In this document: piece by piece, positions 53,109 to 62,174 of the stretch
Layout of the letters: each line of letters begins with the position of its first letter
Position numbering within the stretch: position 1 is the first letter of the stretch
Assembly: GCA_048940925.1 (NCBI GenBank)
Contig: JBHLOC010000010.1
Coordinates: 14,051-78,050, forward strand
DNA length: 64,000 nucleotides
Source: Promethearchaeota archaeon
Lineage (GTDB): Archaea; Asgardarchaeota; Lokiarchaeia; Sigyniarchaeales; SOKP01
Reading direction: 5' to 3'
Notes under the pieces: model-generated
The model's input: the letters and a program-made list of their open reading frames with translations, nothing else
What the model was told of the DNA's origin: nothing
Databases searched by the model: none
Program-made: the position numbers and the translations under genes

Positions 53109-53909
53109 TTAAGGCTTCTCTGAATAAAAATCGATTAGATTATCTAACCAATTAAAAATTTCTTCCTTTGTTAAACTATCAACATTAAATTTTAATCTTT
53201 CTAATTCTCGTATTATATTTTTCAAATCTAATGGATATGATCGTTGAGAGAGTTCAAACAAGAATTCATTACTTTTCGATACTAACGATTTTATATCTTT
53301 ATCCATAGGTTCAAAGAGAGGTTCATTTGTAATTTCATCCAGATTCTTATCTAACTCTACAAGGAAATTTATCAAATCGAATAGTCTTCCGGTTTCATTT
53401 CCCTTGAAGGATCTATCTACTTGATAGTAATAACCTCTAAAATCATCAATTGGAATTAACTCTGAATATTGATTGGCTATTTTTATAACAGATTTGATAT
53501 TCTTAAAAAGATAGGATGGTGTCCATGCATGAATATCATAGTTTGGTTCAAAATTCTGGGCTTTAATAAATAATTTGAATTTATGTTCATCTTTGAAATA
53601 ACCAAAAGGTATGATTAGAAAATCCAGTGAGTTAGATATATCTTCATTCGTTTTAAATGTAAGATCTTTAATATCATGAACTTGATCAATAGAATGATTA
53701 TAGAGACCAAATTTTAATTTTCTATTGTGTGGTTTATACAAATAAAATAATAATCCTTCAAAGCCCTGTACATCTAACTCTATTTCGAACTTTATCTCTT
53801 TTTGATGATGATGTTTATTATTGAATCTTATGTCTACAAAAATATGATAATAATTTTCAAAATGATGGAAAAACCAGGGGGGATTACGTTTTAAATTATA
53901 CATAACCAT
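53109..53909 (-). CDS. Hypothetical protein
   Basis: 266-aa ORF. Confidence 0.65.
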   Translation of the reverse strand: MVMYNLKRNPPWFFHHFENYYHIFVDIRFNNKHHHQKEIKFEIELDVQGFEGLLFYLYKPHNRKLKFGLYNHSIDQVHDIKDLTFKTNEDISNSLDFLIIPFGYFKDEHKFKLFIKAQNFEPNYDIHAWTPSYLFKNIKSVIKIANQYSELIPIDDFRGYYYQVDRSFKGNETGRLFDLINFLVELDKNLDEITNEPLFEPMDKDIKSLVSKSNEFLFELSQRSYPLDLKNIIRELERLKFNVDSLTKEEIFNWLDNLIDFYSEKP

Positions 53910-54102
53910 CTCTACTATATAACTATTATTCTTATTATATTCTTATAATTCCTTAGTTAAATACTTAGGGTTCTCCAAATTATTAAAGAAATTTTTATTA
54001 TTTAAACTTTACAACCACACAAAATAAGTGTACGAAGATAAAGTATAATTAAGAATAATAAAGACTAAAAAAATAAAAAAATTTTGAGATTATGTTATTT
54101 AT

Positions 54103-54981
54103 CTATATACCAAGCTTTTCTAATACACCACTTAGACGAGTACGGTGAAATTTTAATCCTAAATCTTCAGGATTAAATCCCATTGCTAATGCATATAATT
54201 CTGTTAGATATAAAACAGGTATATTATATTCCGTTTCGAACTTCTTAGTAAGATCTCTTTGTCTAGTATCAAATTGCTGAAAACATGCAGGACAATTTAC
54301 AACAATAACATCTGCATCAGCTTTTTTAATGCTATCCATCTTTTTCTTTAAATTTTCCATACCATATTCTTCATATGCATTTGTTACAGCCGAACCACAA
54401 CAAAGGGCTAATTCATCATACTCCAAAACTGTAGCACCACTTGCAGCCACTAATTCTTTCAGATTTTCAGGTCTAATAGGATCATCAGATTCCATCCATT
54501 CTGCTGGACGCATGTAATGGCATCCTGGATGACAAGCTACTTTTAAACTAGATAATGGTTTAGTAATAGCCCCTTTGATCTTATCTATACCTATTTCATC
54601 TTTTAGAACATCAACAAAATGTTTCACATCTATAGAACCTTTAAATTCCTTTCCAATTTTCGCTAACTCTGAATTAACTTTTTCTTTCTTCAAATTATTA
54701 TGTTCTAATTGATGTTTCACACCTCTTAAAGTATTAGCACAACCATTACATAAAGAGACGATATCCTTCTCTTCTGCTTCAGCTAGACAAAGATTTCGAG
54801 CACCAATTACTAACCAAGCATCATTATCAAAACTTTTTACGCCAGTAGGATCTGGACAACATGAAAATGGTGCTTGAGATGTTTCTATACCAAGTTTATC
54901 AAATACTTTTCGTGAAGCAGCTTCAATAAAGGGAATTCTATTACCAATTGTACATCCTTCAAACATTTTATATTCTGTCAT
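54103..54981 (-). CDS. hdrB: Heterodisulfide reductase subunit B
   Basis: Two CCG domains: GC...SCCP...CNGC and HPGCH...CCG...CPAC. Confidence 0.93.
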   Translation of the reverse strand: MTEYKMFEGCTIGNRIPFIEAASRKVFDKLGIETSQAPFSCCPDPTGVKSFDNDAWLVIGARNLCLAEAEEKDIVSLCNGCANTLRGVKHQLEHNNLKKEKVNSELAKIGKEFKGSIDVKHFVDVLKDEIGIDKIKGAITKPLSSLKVACHPGCHYMRPAEWMESDDPIRPENLKELVAASGATVLEYDELALCCGSAVTNAYEEYGMENLKKKMDSIKKADADVIVVNCPACFQQFDTRQRDLTKKFETEYNIPVLYLTELYALAMGFNPEDLGLKFHRTRLSGVLEKLGI

Positions 54982-54999
54982 TTTTTTGTTACCCTCGAA

Positions 55000-55509
55000 T
55001 TATTTTAATTTTTTATCAGCACCTAAATTTTTAAATAATGTTTGTACTTCATCTATATTCGGATCTCTTACTTTTGGTAAACCAAGTTGTTCTCTTCTTC
55101 TTTCTATTGCTGGTTGTGACGGAATCGCTTTAGCACTCTCGAAGACCGCTTTTGCTTGGGAATAAATAAATTCTGGACCTTTTCCTAGAACAATACTTTG
55201 ATTTTTTAGAAATGTAAAGATTTCAGTAAGTTCAATATTTTGGGGACACACCTCATCGCAAGTATCACAAACAGTACAACCCCAAATTGTTAAATCATCT
55301 GCTCCAAGTAATAAATCCTTGTATCCTAAAATAGCCATTAAAATATTTTTTCTAGGGTTATAACCTTTATCTGCGTCATAAAAATCCGCTGATACATAGG
55401 TTACAGGACAATTATCTGCACATCTACTGCATTGGTAACAATATTTAATTACATCAGGCCCAATATGATAATCCATTACTTGTTTTCTAAACTCGAAATT
55501 TGTTTCCAT
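55000..55509 (-). CDS. hdrC: Heterodisulfide reductase subunit C
   Basis: CYQCSRCADNCP and CTVCDTCDEVCPQ. Confidence 0.92.
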   Translation of the reverse strand: METNFEFRKQVMDYHIGPDVIKYCYQCSRCADNCPVTYVSADFYDADKGYNPRKNILMAILGYKDLLLGADDLTIWGCTVCDTCDEVCPQNIELTEIFTFLKNQSIVLGKGPEFIYSQAKAVFESAKAIPSQPAIERRREQLGLPKVRDPNIDEVQTLFKNLGADKKLK

Positions 55510-55556
55510 TTTTTTTCCACTTAATTTTCTTTTTTCGAATGAATTTATATTAATTA

Positions 55557-55632
55557 GTAGGCTTTAACCCCACGCAAGGGGCAGTTGTATCCAATTTCCA
55601 ATATTTTTATTGGATATTCATCCTAAGCCTAC
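55557..55632 (-). promoter_or_regulatory. SECIS-like 3' RNA structure overlapping the vhuU stop codon
   Basis: GUAGGCUU/AAGCCUAC 8-bp basal helix, AUGA, UAUCCAAU/AUUGGAUA helix with A-rich loop, CCCC/GGGG side hairpin. Confidence 0.55.
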
Positions 55633-55767
55633 ATTCAACTCTCGAGAGTAAATCTCAGTGCCCTCCTCATCAACAACAGTGATGTGAGCAGCACACGATA
55701 GTCAACAGTCAAAACAGCGAACTACCATTTCTAAGAGATTTACTACACCTTCTGGTACATCACTCAT
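55618..55767 (-). CDS. vhuU: VhuU-type selenoprotein: separate C-terminal peptide of the [NiFeSe] hydrogenase large subunit (not in ORF track)
   Basis: MSDVPEGVVNLLEMVVRCFDC-U-LSCAAHITVVDEEGTEIYSRELNVGLG*; in-frame TGA at 55702-55704 occupies the first Ni-ligand Cys of the L2 motif that the upstream large subunit lacks. Confidence 0.92.
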
Positions 55768-55806
55768 CTTTTTGTTCACTTTTTTTTAATTTTCTATATA
55801 TTTAAT

Positions 55807-57114
55807 TTATTTAATCCATGGGTCTGGTAATTTTAAACTATCAAGTGCCTTGTCTTCAAATACTTGTTTAGCGACATGCATTAATGTCTTCTCAATGCCT
55901 GCTATATTATGATTTGTTGCTACTAATAGGTTTGCCTTTTTGCAAATACCTTCCGCATCAGACCATATATTGTATAAGAGTAATCCACGTGGAGCTTCAG
56001 TAACGCCAACACCATTTCCTTCTCTTGGTTGGACATCTAAAGTCTTGCAATCAGGATTCACAACATCATCATCTTGTAAGAGTGTGGCAATCAGTTCAAT
56101 GGATTCTACTAATTCAATTAATCGAGCCCAGTGATAAGCAAATGTATGATGGATTACATTAGTGCCTATTTTTGCTCTCATTGCTTGTAATGCCTCATCA
56201 GCCAAAGGGGTAGCCATCTTATCTGCACAATTAATCATTGCTAATGTATTTGCTCGATATATCCCTTCAGGATACCCTGCTGGTTTATAATACATGTGAG
56301 TTGCATATGAATGTTTTGGAATATGTTCTCCCAGAGCATCGAGATATCTTTGAGGTGGATAATCGAATTTTTCTCCTTCTGGACTAACAATTCTAATATC
56401 TCCTTCATAAATATCATGAACTCCGTTTTTCGTAATACCCACATAATAAGTAGGTACAACTCCTACATTAGCTACTACATCCCAATAATCTTCAACAACC
56501 TTTAAGCCAATATCTACAGTTTTTTTAGTCCACTCTATTTGATCTTCAATTTGTTTTAAGAATAAATCTCGGACATCTTCATCTAAAGGTTTCTTCATAC
56601 CACCAACGATTGCAGAAATTGGATGCACAGATTTTCCTCCAACTGCAGCACACAATTTTTGACCAAAATCCATCATTTTTAAAGCCATCGCACCTACATC
56701 GGGCATTTGATTAATTACGTGCACAACATTCCTTAATGCGGGATCAGCCATAGGTCCCAATAAGAAATCAGGAGCTGCAAGAGCATAAAAATGTAAAGCA
56801 TGTGAGGAATATTGTTTAGCATTTTGCAATAACTGACGTAGTTTATATGCAGGAGTAGGGATTTCAACCTGCCATGCATCTTCTACTGCTTTAGTTGGAG
56901 TTAAATGATGAGGAATTGGGCATATGCCACAAATTCTCGGTGTTATTCTAGGAATATGTTCGCAATAACGTCCCTCAAGAAACTTTTCAAAAAATCTTGT
57001 TGAAGTGATGTTGAATTGTACATCTTGTATTTTCCCATCATCGCCTAAAACAAGTTTTAAACCTCCATGTCCCTCTAGTCGAGTGACTGGTTCTACTTCT
57101 ATTTCTTTTACCAT
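55807..57114 (-). CDS. mvhA: F420-non-reducing (group 3c-like) hydrogenase large subunit, lacking the L2 motif
   Basis: EPVTRLEGHG, RICGICP (L1), EAPRG; ends ...LPDPWIK with no DPCxxC. Confidence 0.93.
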   Translation of the reverse strand: MVKEIEVEPVTRLEGHGGLKLVLGDDGKIQDVQFNITSTRFFEKFLEGRYCEHIPRITPRICGICPIPHHLTPTKAVEDAWQVEIPTPAYKLRQLLQNAKQYSSHALHFYALAAPDFLLGPMADPALRNVVHVINQMPDVGAMALKMMDFGQKLCAAVGGKSVHPISAIVGGMKKPLDEDVRDLFLKQIEDQIEWTKKTVDIGLKVVEDYWDVVANVGVVPTYYVGITKNGVHDIYEGDIRIVSPEGEKFDYPPQRYLDALGEHIPKHSYATHMYYKPAGYPEGIYRANTLAMINCADKMATPLADEALQAMRAKIGTNVIHHTFAYHWARLIELVESIELIATLLQDDDVVNPDCKTLDVQPREGNGVGVTEAPRGLLLYNIWSDAEGICKKANLLVATNHNIAGIEKTLMHVAKQVFEDKALDSLKLPDPWIK

Positions 57115-57117
57115 TTT

Positions 57118-58440
57118 TTATCCCCCTCCTTTAAAATCTCTATTTGCTGCTAAAGTAAATTTTTCAAATGTACCAATTGGATCTTTTACTTGACTAAGTA
57201 ATTCTTCTTTGGACAAACTCACATTAAAACCCTTTAATACTGTGTCTGCAAATCTCTCTGCTTGATCAACGTTCCATTCTGTTTGACCAAAACAACCTGT
57301 ACATGGAGAATTAACTCTTATACATAAAGCACCACAGCCAGCTTTAGTAACAGGTCCCATACAAATATAACCTTGTTCAATTAGACAGTCTTCCATATTT
57401 GGAAGCCCTTCATAATCTCTTTTAACTTTTGTCATTATTGACTTACTTCCAATAATTCGGGGACATGTGTCGCATACGTTAGAAATTTCATGGAAATCAG
57501 GATTGTCCTTCAAAAATCTTAATAAATTTGAAGAAATTTCTTCTGTTGATGGAGGTAGATTAGCTAATGGAGTGTCAGGAGTTCCATGCTTTTTAACTTG
57601 CTTTAAGATATCTCCAGATAAATCAAATCCTGCCATCAAGGGTATATTTAAAAAAAGTGTTAAGAATTCATATAAGTTTTTTTTGTCTCCCGAATTGATT
57701 GAATTCAAATCTTTAGTCATAGTATTTAACTTTTCTGCTCTCAAATCAACTGTTTTCGCGGGTCCAAAACAACCTACACAGGGTTTTCTATCGCTCGTAC
57801 ATTTTAAAGTACAACCAATACTAGTAATTGAACCAAAACACATTACTCCCTCATCAAGTAAACAGTTATCCTTTATTGAACAATCATTACAAAATGCAAG
57901 ATCATTCATAGGAAAAGCTTTTTGCCCTAATAAAAATTTAACAGCGCTAACAATTTGTTCTGGTTTTGGTGGACATCCAGATATATATGCATCAACATTT
58001 ATTACTTCATCAACAGGAACAACTTTATCTCTAAAGCCAGGAGTATTTATGGTCGGTTCTCCACCACTCTCATCAGATATACTTTCAACTTGAGAAAATT
58101 TTCTTCTTATTAATTCTTCTATATCCCACTGATTAGCTAATCCATGCACGTTTCCATAGCATGCACAAGTACCAAAAGAAATCACTAAAACACACTTGTC
58201 TCTCATTAGTTTAACATTGTCATAATCTTCATTAGTTCGAACAGAACCTTCAATGAAACCAACTAAAATTGATCCTGACTCTCTTTGTTTTAATGAATCA
58301 AGTTTAAAGTCAACTACAGCTGGCCAATATACAACCTCTAGTGCTGGTAGAACTGGCAACAAACCTAAATGAGCGTTTAAAAGAGATTGATGACAGCCCC
58401 AACAGTCACTTAATTGCATAAAAGCTACTTTTACTGACAT
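57118..58440 (-). CDS. mvhG: Hydrogenase small subunit with duplicated C-terminal Fe-S module
   Basis: CWGC, GTCA, GCPP, then two CxxC..CL...C.G..T..GC...C.....PC.GCFG modules. Confidence 0.9.
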   Translation of the reverse strand: MSVKVAFMQLSDCWGCHQSLLNAHLGLLPVLPALEVVYWPAVVDFKLDSLKQRESGSILVGFIEGSVRTNEDYDNVKLMRDKCVLVISFGTCACYGNVHGLANQWDIEELIRRKFSQVESISDESGGEPTINTPGFRDKVVPVDEVINVDAYISGCPPKPEQIVSAVKFLLGQKAFPMNDLAFCNDCSIKDNCLLDEGVMCFGSITSIGCTLKCTSDRKPCVGCFGPAKTVDLRAEKLNTMTKDLNSINSGDKKNLYEFLTLFLNIPLMAGFDLSGDILKQVKKHGTPDTPLANLPPSTEEISSNLLRFLKDNPDFHEISNVCDTCPRIIGSKSIMTKVKRDYEGLPNMEDCLIEQGYICMGPVTKAGCGALCIRVNSPCTGCFGQTEWNVDQAERFADTVLKGFNVSLSKEELLSQVKDPIGTFEKFTLAANRDFKGGG

Positions 58441-58908
58441 TTTTTCATCAATTTTATGATTTTTTTTTAATTTTTAGAAAAATAGTTAAAATAGGATATT
58501 AATTACTTTATTAAAAATTTCTGATTTATTCGTATATCTGGTAGAATTATCTTTCTTATATGAATAAATATTCAAAATTCACTATTAGGTGAATTAGGCA
58601 GTAGACATTCAATTATTATTTTTTATTATATTTTGGATTTGTTAAATAAAATATATCCAGTATCTTCTTTTATATTAATAGGAGAGTAAGTATTCAATTA
58701 TTTTTTATTTATTACATTTAGCAAAATAAAATCCAAATTAAGAAATCAAATAAGATTAAAGAAAACATCCACGATGGGATAAGAATCCTTAAGTAACCCT
58801 TTCTACTCTCTTTTTTAAATTTCTATATATTAATAATTTAAAAAGAGTCTCTTGAATCATTTAAATTACAAATTTATTTTTAAAATTTTCAATAGAATAA
58901 TAATAGAA

Positions 58909-59481
58909 TTAAAAATTACCGCATCCGTAACATTTCCCATCAAGATATGCGGCACAATCAGAACAAACATTCCCACAATTCACTTCTTGACTTTTCTGGC
59001 TGAAAAGATTAAGAGGTAAAAACTTCGGAACGATAAAATTTGATACAAAAATGGTGGCTGAGTGAAGAATCCCTTTTTTATTTGTTGGTCCACAGTAATT
59101 AATATATCTATGTAACACATCAATATTCTGTCCTATGATTCCCATAATTAAATTATATTGTCCAGTAACATGAGCTAGTAAAAAAACTCTAGGACAATCT
59201 TGATAAGCTTTAATTATATTTTGCACTTCTTCATAATTACTCATTTCTATTAGTAGAAATAGAGATTTATATTGGAGTTCATTAATATTTGTGTTAGCTT
59301 GAACCTTAAGTACGTGAGAATCTTCTAATTTTGAAATTCTCTTTGCAATTCCCGTGTGACTCATAGTTTCATCTTTTGATTTATATATGACCTTTTCCAA
59401 GTTCAGTAAACTTTGACGTCCTTCTTTGAATAATTCAGATATAATTTGTTTATCAATATTATCTAATAACATATTTTTCAA
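58909..59481 (-). CDS. Lrp/AsnC-family regulator with C-terminal Cys cluster
   Basis: LDNIDKQII..L...GR, KRISKLE, VTGQYNL; tail CGNVCSDC...CYGC. Confidence 0.88.
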   Translation of the reverse strand: MKNMLLDNIDKQIISELFKEGRQSLLNLEKVIYKSKDETMSHTGIAKRISKLEDSHVLKVQANTNINELQYKSLFLLIEMSNYEEVQNIIKAYQDCPRVFLLAHVTGQYNLIMGIIGQNIDVLHRYINYCGPTNKKGILHSATIFVSNFIVPKFLPLNLFSQKSQEVNCGNVCSDCAAYLDGKCYGCGNF

Positions 59482-59748
59482 ATTAATAATAAATGTAGAT
59501 AATTAGATCTTAATTTCCAATTTTTAAAATTTGTCGTTTATAAAAATTTTGCTCAACGAAATTGTGATATTCTATTTGCTATAAACAATTCTCTATTAAA
59601 AATTGCTGAAGTGATTTATGTAACTACAATTTGATTTAACAAACTTGAATCGATACTTCATATATTTGATGTTTGATATTAACTTTTGTATTCATAATTA
59701 ATCAGTTAAAAAATTGTTTCTCTATTCTATTAACATAAATGTTACTGG

Positions 59749-59793
59749 TTTTCAAATTGAAACTTTGAATAAAAAATTGTTGCAAAATGAAAC
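59749..59793. promoter_or_regulatory. Two palindromic operator-like sites (consensus GTTTCA-N3-TGAAAC), 30 bp apart
   Basis: TTTTCAAATTGAAAC (59749-59763) and GTTGCAAAATGAAAC (59779-59793), each one mismatch from consensus. Confidence 0.5.
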
Positions 59794-59878
59794 CAGAAGG
59801 TAATTGAATAGCGTAATTATTCAAAATCACAAAAAATAATGATATGTTTTTTATATCAGAGATTCTAGTAATATTAAT

Positions 59879-60442
59879 ATGCCTCTTGATAAGATTGATA
59901 AACAGATACTTAGAGCATTATATGAAAATGGTCGAGAAAGTTTAAGTTCCTTGAGTAATATCATTACTAAATCAAATCAAGAAACTATGAGTCACACGGG
60001 AATTGCAAAGAGAATTTCAAAATTAGAAAATTCTCATGTACTTAAGGTTCAGGGAAACGTAAATATAAAGAAGCTAAATTATAGAATTGCTTTTATTTTG
60101 ATTGAAATGGAGAATTTTGAAGAAGTACAAAATATAATTAAAGCTTATCAAGAATGCCCTAGAGTTTTTTTACTAGCTCATGTTACTGGACAATATAACT
60201 TAATTATGGGAATTATAGGTCAAGATATGGATGTTATACATAGATACATTAATTATTGTGGTCCTACAAATAAAAAAGGGATTCTACATTCTGTAGTTAT
60301 TTTTGCTTCTGAATTTTTATTCCCTAATTTTCTTCCTCTTAACATTTTTAGTGGTATCAGTAAAGAATATAAATGTGAAAACATTTGTAAAGTTTGTGAC
60401 GCCTTCCTCGACGGAAAATGCAAGGGATGCGGTAATTTTTAA
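59879..60442 (+). CDS. Lrp/AsnC-family regulator with C-terminal Cys cluster (paralog of 58909-59481)
   Basis: Same motifs; tail CENICKVC...CKGC. Confidence 0.88.
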   Translation: MPLDKIDKQILRALYENGRESLSSLSNIITKSNQETMSHTGIAKRISKLENSHVLKVQGNVNIKKLNYRIAFILIEMENFEEVQNIIKAYQECPRVFLLAHVTGQYNLIMGIIGQDMDVIHRYINYCGPTNKKGILHSVVIFASEFLFPNFLPLNIFSGISKEYKCENICKVCDAFLDGKCKGCGNF

Positions 60443-60700
60443 GGTTAAAAGTGATTTCAAATTTAATAAAAAATTGGTTCTTTTTTTAATGTTAGTTAAT
60501 AAATTATAATTTATTTTTAGTTTCAGATTTAAATATTCGTCAGAATATTGTTAAAAATTTAAACTTTATGTATTTTGATTGTTTAAATTATCCAATTTAA
60601 GTAATGCTTATAAAATAAGCATTTTTTTTTAAATTTAAAACAATTTAACTTAAAAAAAAATAATTCGCAAAAATTATAGGCTATTTTTAAAAATTAAAAA

Positions 60701-61357
60701 GTGAAAGCAAAAATGAAGAAAAAAATTTTTCGGATATTCATAATTTTCTTATTTGTCTTCGCTGCAATAGGTACAGTTAATGCATGGCCAGGCCATATGA
60801 TTGAATGGGAAAAAAAAGATCATGGCTCCTGTCATTCTGGTGAATATACTGTCGGCTCAGGTGGTTTGACAGGCGTAGTTACTCCAACTGGAACAAAAAC
60901 ACCTGGTCAGCAATTTACCGTTGAATTAGATATCAAAGGTTTTACGGAGGCTGCCAATAAACATGTTGTTGTTGGTGTCTCAGCACGGTTAGCAGATAAC
61001 AACAAATTTTACCTAGGTGTTCAAGAGGAAGATGATGCTCATTATGCAGAAGGAGTTGAAGTTGGATTAGATAGTTCTGGTAATGCAAATAATACAGTAA
61101 TTTTAGAATTTTATGCGCCTACTGAAGATGGAAATTATACTTTGAGTATAATCGCAGCTGAAGGGGGAGAATCTTATGCTACAGCACATGCTTTTAATTA
61201 CCTTGAATTACTCATACCTACAGAAGTAGTTACTCCAAAAAAGGGCGGTGAAACTATTCCTGGTTTTGATTTGTACATAATACTTACTGTTGGACTTTTA
61301 ACCAGCGTTCCGATTGTTTTAATGGTTATCCGTAAATGGAGAAAAATAAAGAGATGA
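60701..61357 (+). CDS. Secreted, C-terminally anchored protein with HxxCH motif (putative atypical heme c protein)
   Basis: Signal peptide (..TVNA/W), DHGSCH, beta-rich Reeler/Ig-like body, IPGF-TM-basic sorting tail. Confidence 0.75.
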   Translation: MKAKMKKKIFRIFIIFLFVFAAIGTVNAWPGHMIEWEKKDHGSCHSGEYTVGSGGLTGVVTPTGTKTPGQQFTVELDIKGFTEAANKHVVVGVSARLADNNKFYLGVQEEDDAHYAEGVEVGLDSSGNANNTVILEFYAPTEDGNYTLSIIAAEGGESYATAHAFNYLELLIPTEVVTPKKGGETIPGFDLYIILTVGLLTSVPIVLMVIRKWRKIKR

Positions 61358-61363
61358 TATAAA

Positions 61364-62020
61364 ATGAAAAAAAGTTTAAAACTAATGGCTGTGGTATTAT
61401 CTGTATTTTTACTGAGTTTTATAGGATACGCACTTGCTCATCCTACCAGTATCGTATCCTATTCAGGATCCACACATACAGGATGTCATGGAGCTAATAA
61501 TCCAGGTTCTGGAACACTCTCGGTAACAACATCCGTATCTGGTCGAGTAATTACTCTAACAGTTTCAATAACAGGATTTACCGAAGCTGTTACTCCTCCC
61601 TATCATGGAACAGTATCAATAGGACTTCCATATGGATATGGTGACAATAATCTATTTGGACAGGGGATTAGTATGAATAATGTTCAGGGGGAGAATAATT
61701 ATTGGGCTACTAGCATATGGGAAGAGAATTTAACATCAACTGGAGATACGATGCATGATTATACTTTTAAAGTTCTTGCCCCAGAAGCAGCAGGTACATA
61801 TGAACTCAAAATAGTCGCTTTAACAGGTATGAATATTACTGAAAATGAAGTACCTCTCTATAATCTTGAACAGACCATAACAATAACAGTCAAAGGAAAT
61901 GCCGTTACAATCGCTTCCTTATCTTCAACTTTTAATTTTGGAAATTTTCTCACATATATCCTATTCGGTAGTATTGCACTTGGTCCTCTTGTTTTAATTC
62001 TCTTACGCAAAAGAAAATAA
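61364..62020 (+). CDS. Secreted, C-terminally anchored paralog with HxxCH motif
   Basis: Signal peptide (..ALA/H), THTGCH, shared I.GFTEA and AP...G.Y.L motifs, C-terminal TM + RKRK. Confidence 0.75.
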   Translation: MKKSLKLMAVVLSVFLLSFIGYALAHPTSIVSYSGSTHTGCHGANNPGSGTLSVTTSVSGRVITLTVSITGFTEAVTPPYHGTVSIGLPYGYGDNNLFGQGISMNNVQGENNYWATSIWEENLTSTGDTMHDYTFKVLAPEAAGTYELKIVALTGMNITENEVPLYNLEQTITITVKGNAVTIASLSSTFNFGNFLTYILFGSIALGPLVLILLRKRK

Positions 62021-62174
62021 TTAAATTTTCACTATTTTTTTTTATAAACTCAAATTTTAAATTCTAAAAATGAATGTCCTACATGTTAAAAAACATAAAA
62101 TTGTTGTCCTACTACAAAAGATTCAACTCATTCATTATAAGAAACTATTGTATTTAGATTAAAGAGAAAGAACA

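Noticed and set aside
55564-55620. Second UGA of vhuU read through as Sec
   Set aside because: It lies after the maturation cleavage His, and the extension is the RNA structure itself with no protein-like motif.
57467-58093. 208-aa plus-strand ORF and other short nested ORFs in the track (e.g. 6940, 11295, 39212, 46431, 55940)
   Set aside because: Fully overlap well-supported genes and show no recognisable motifs.
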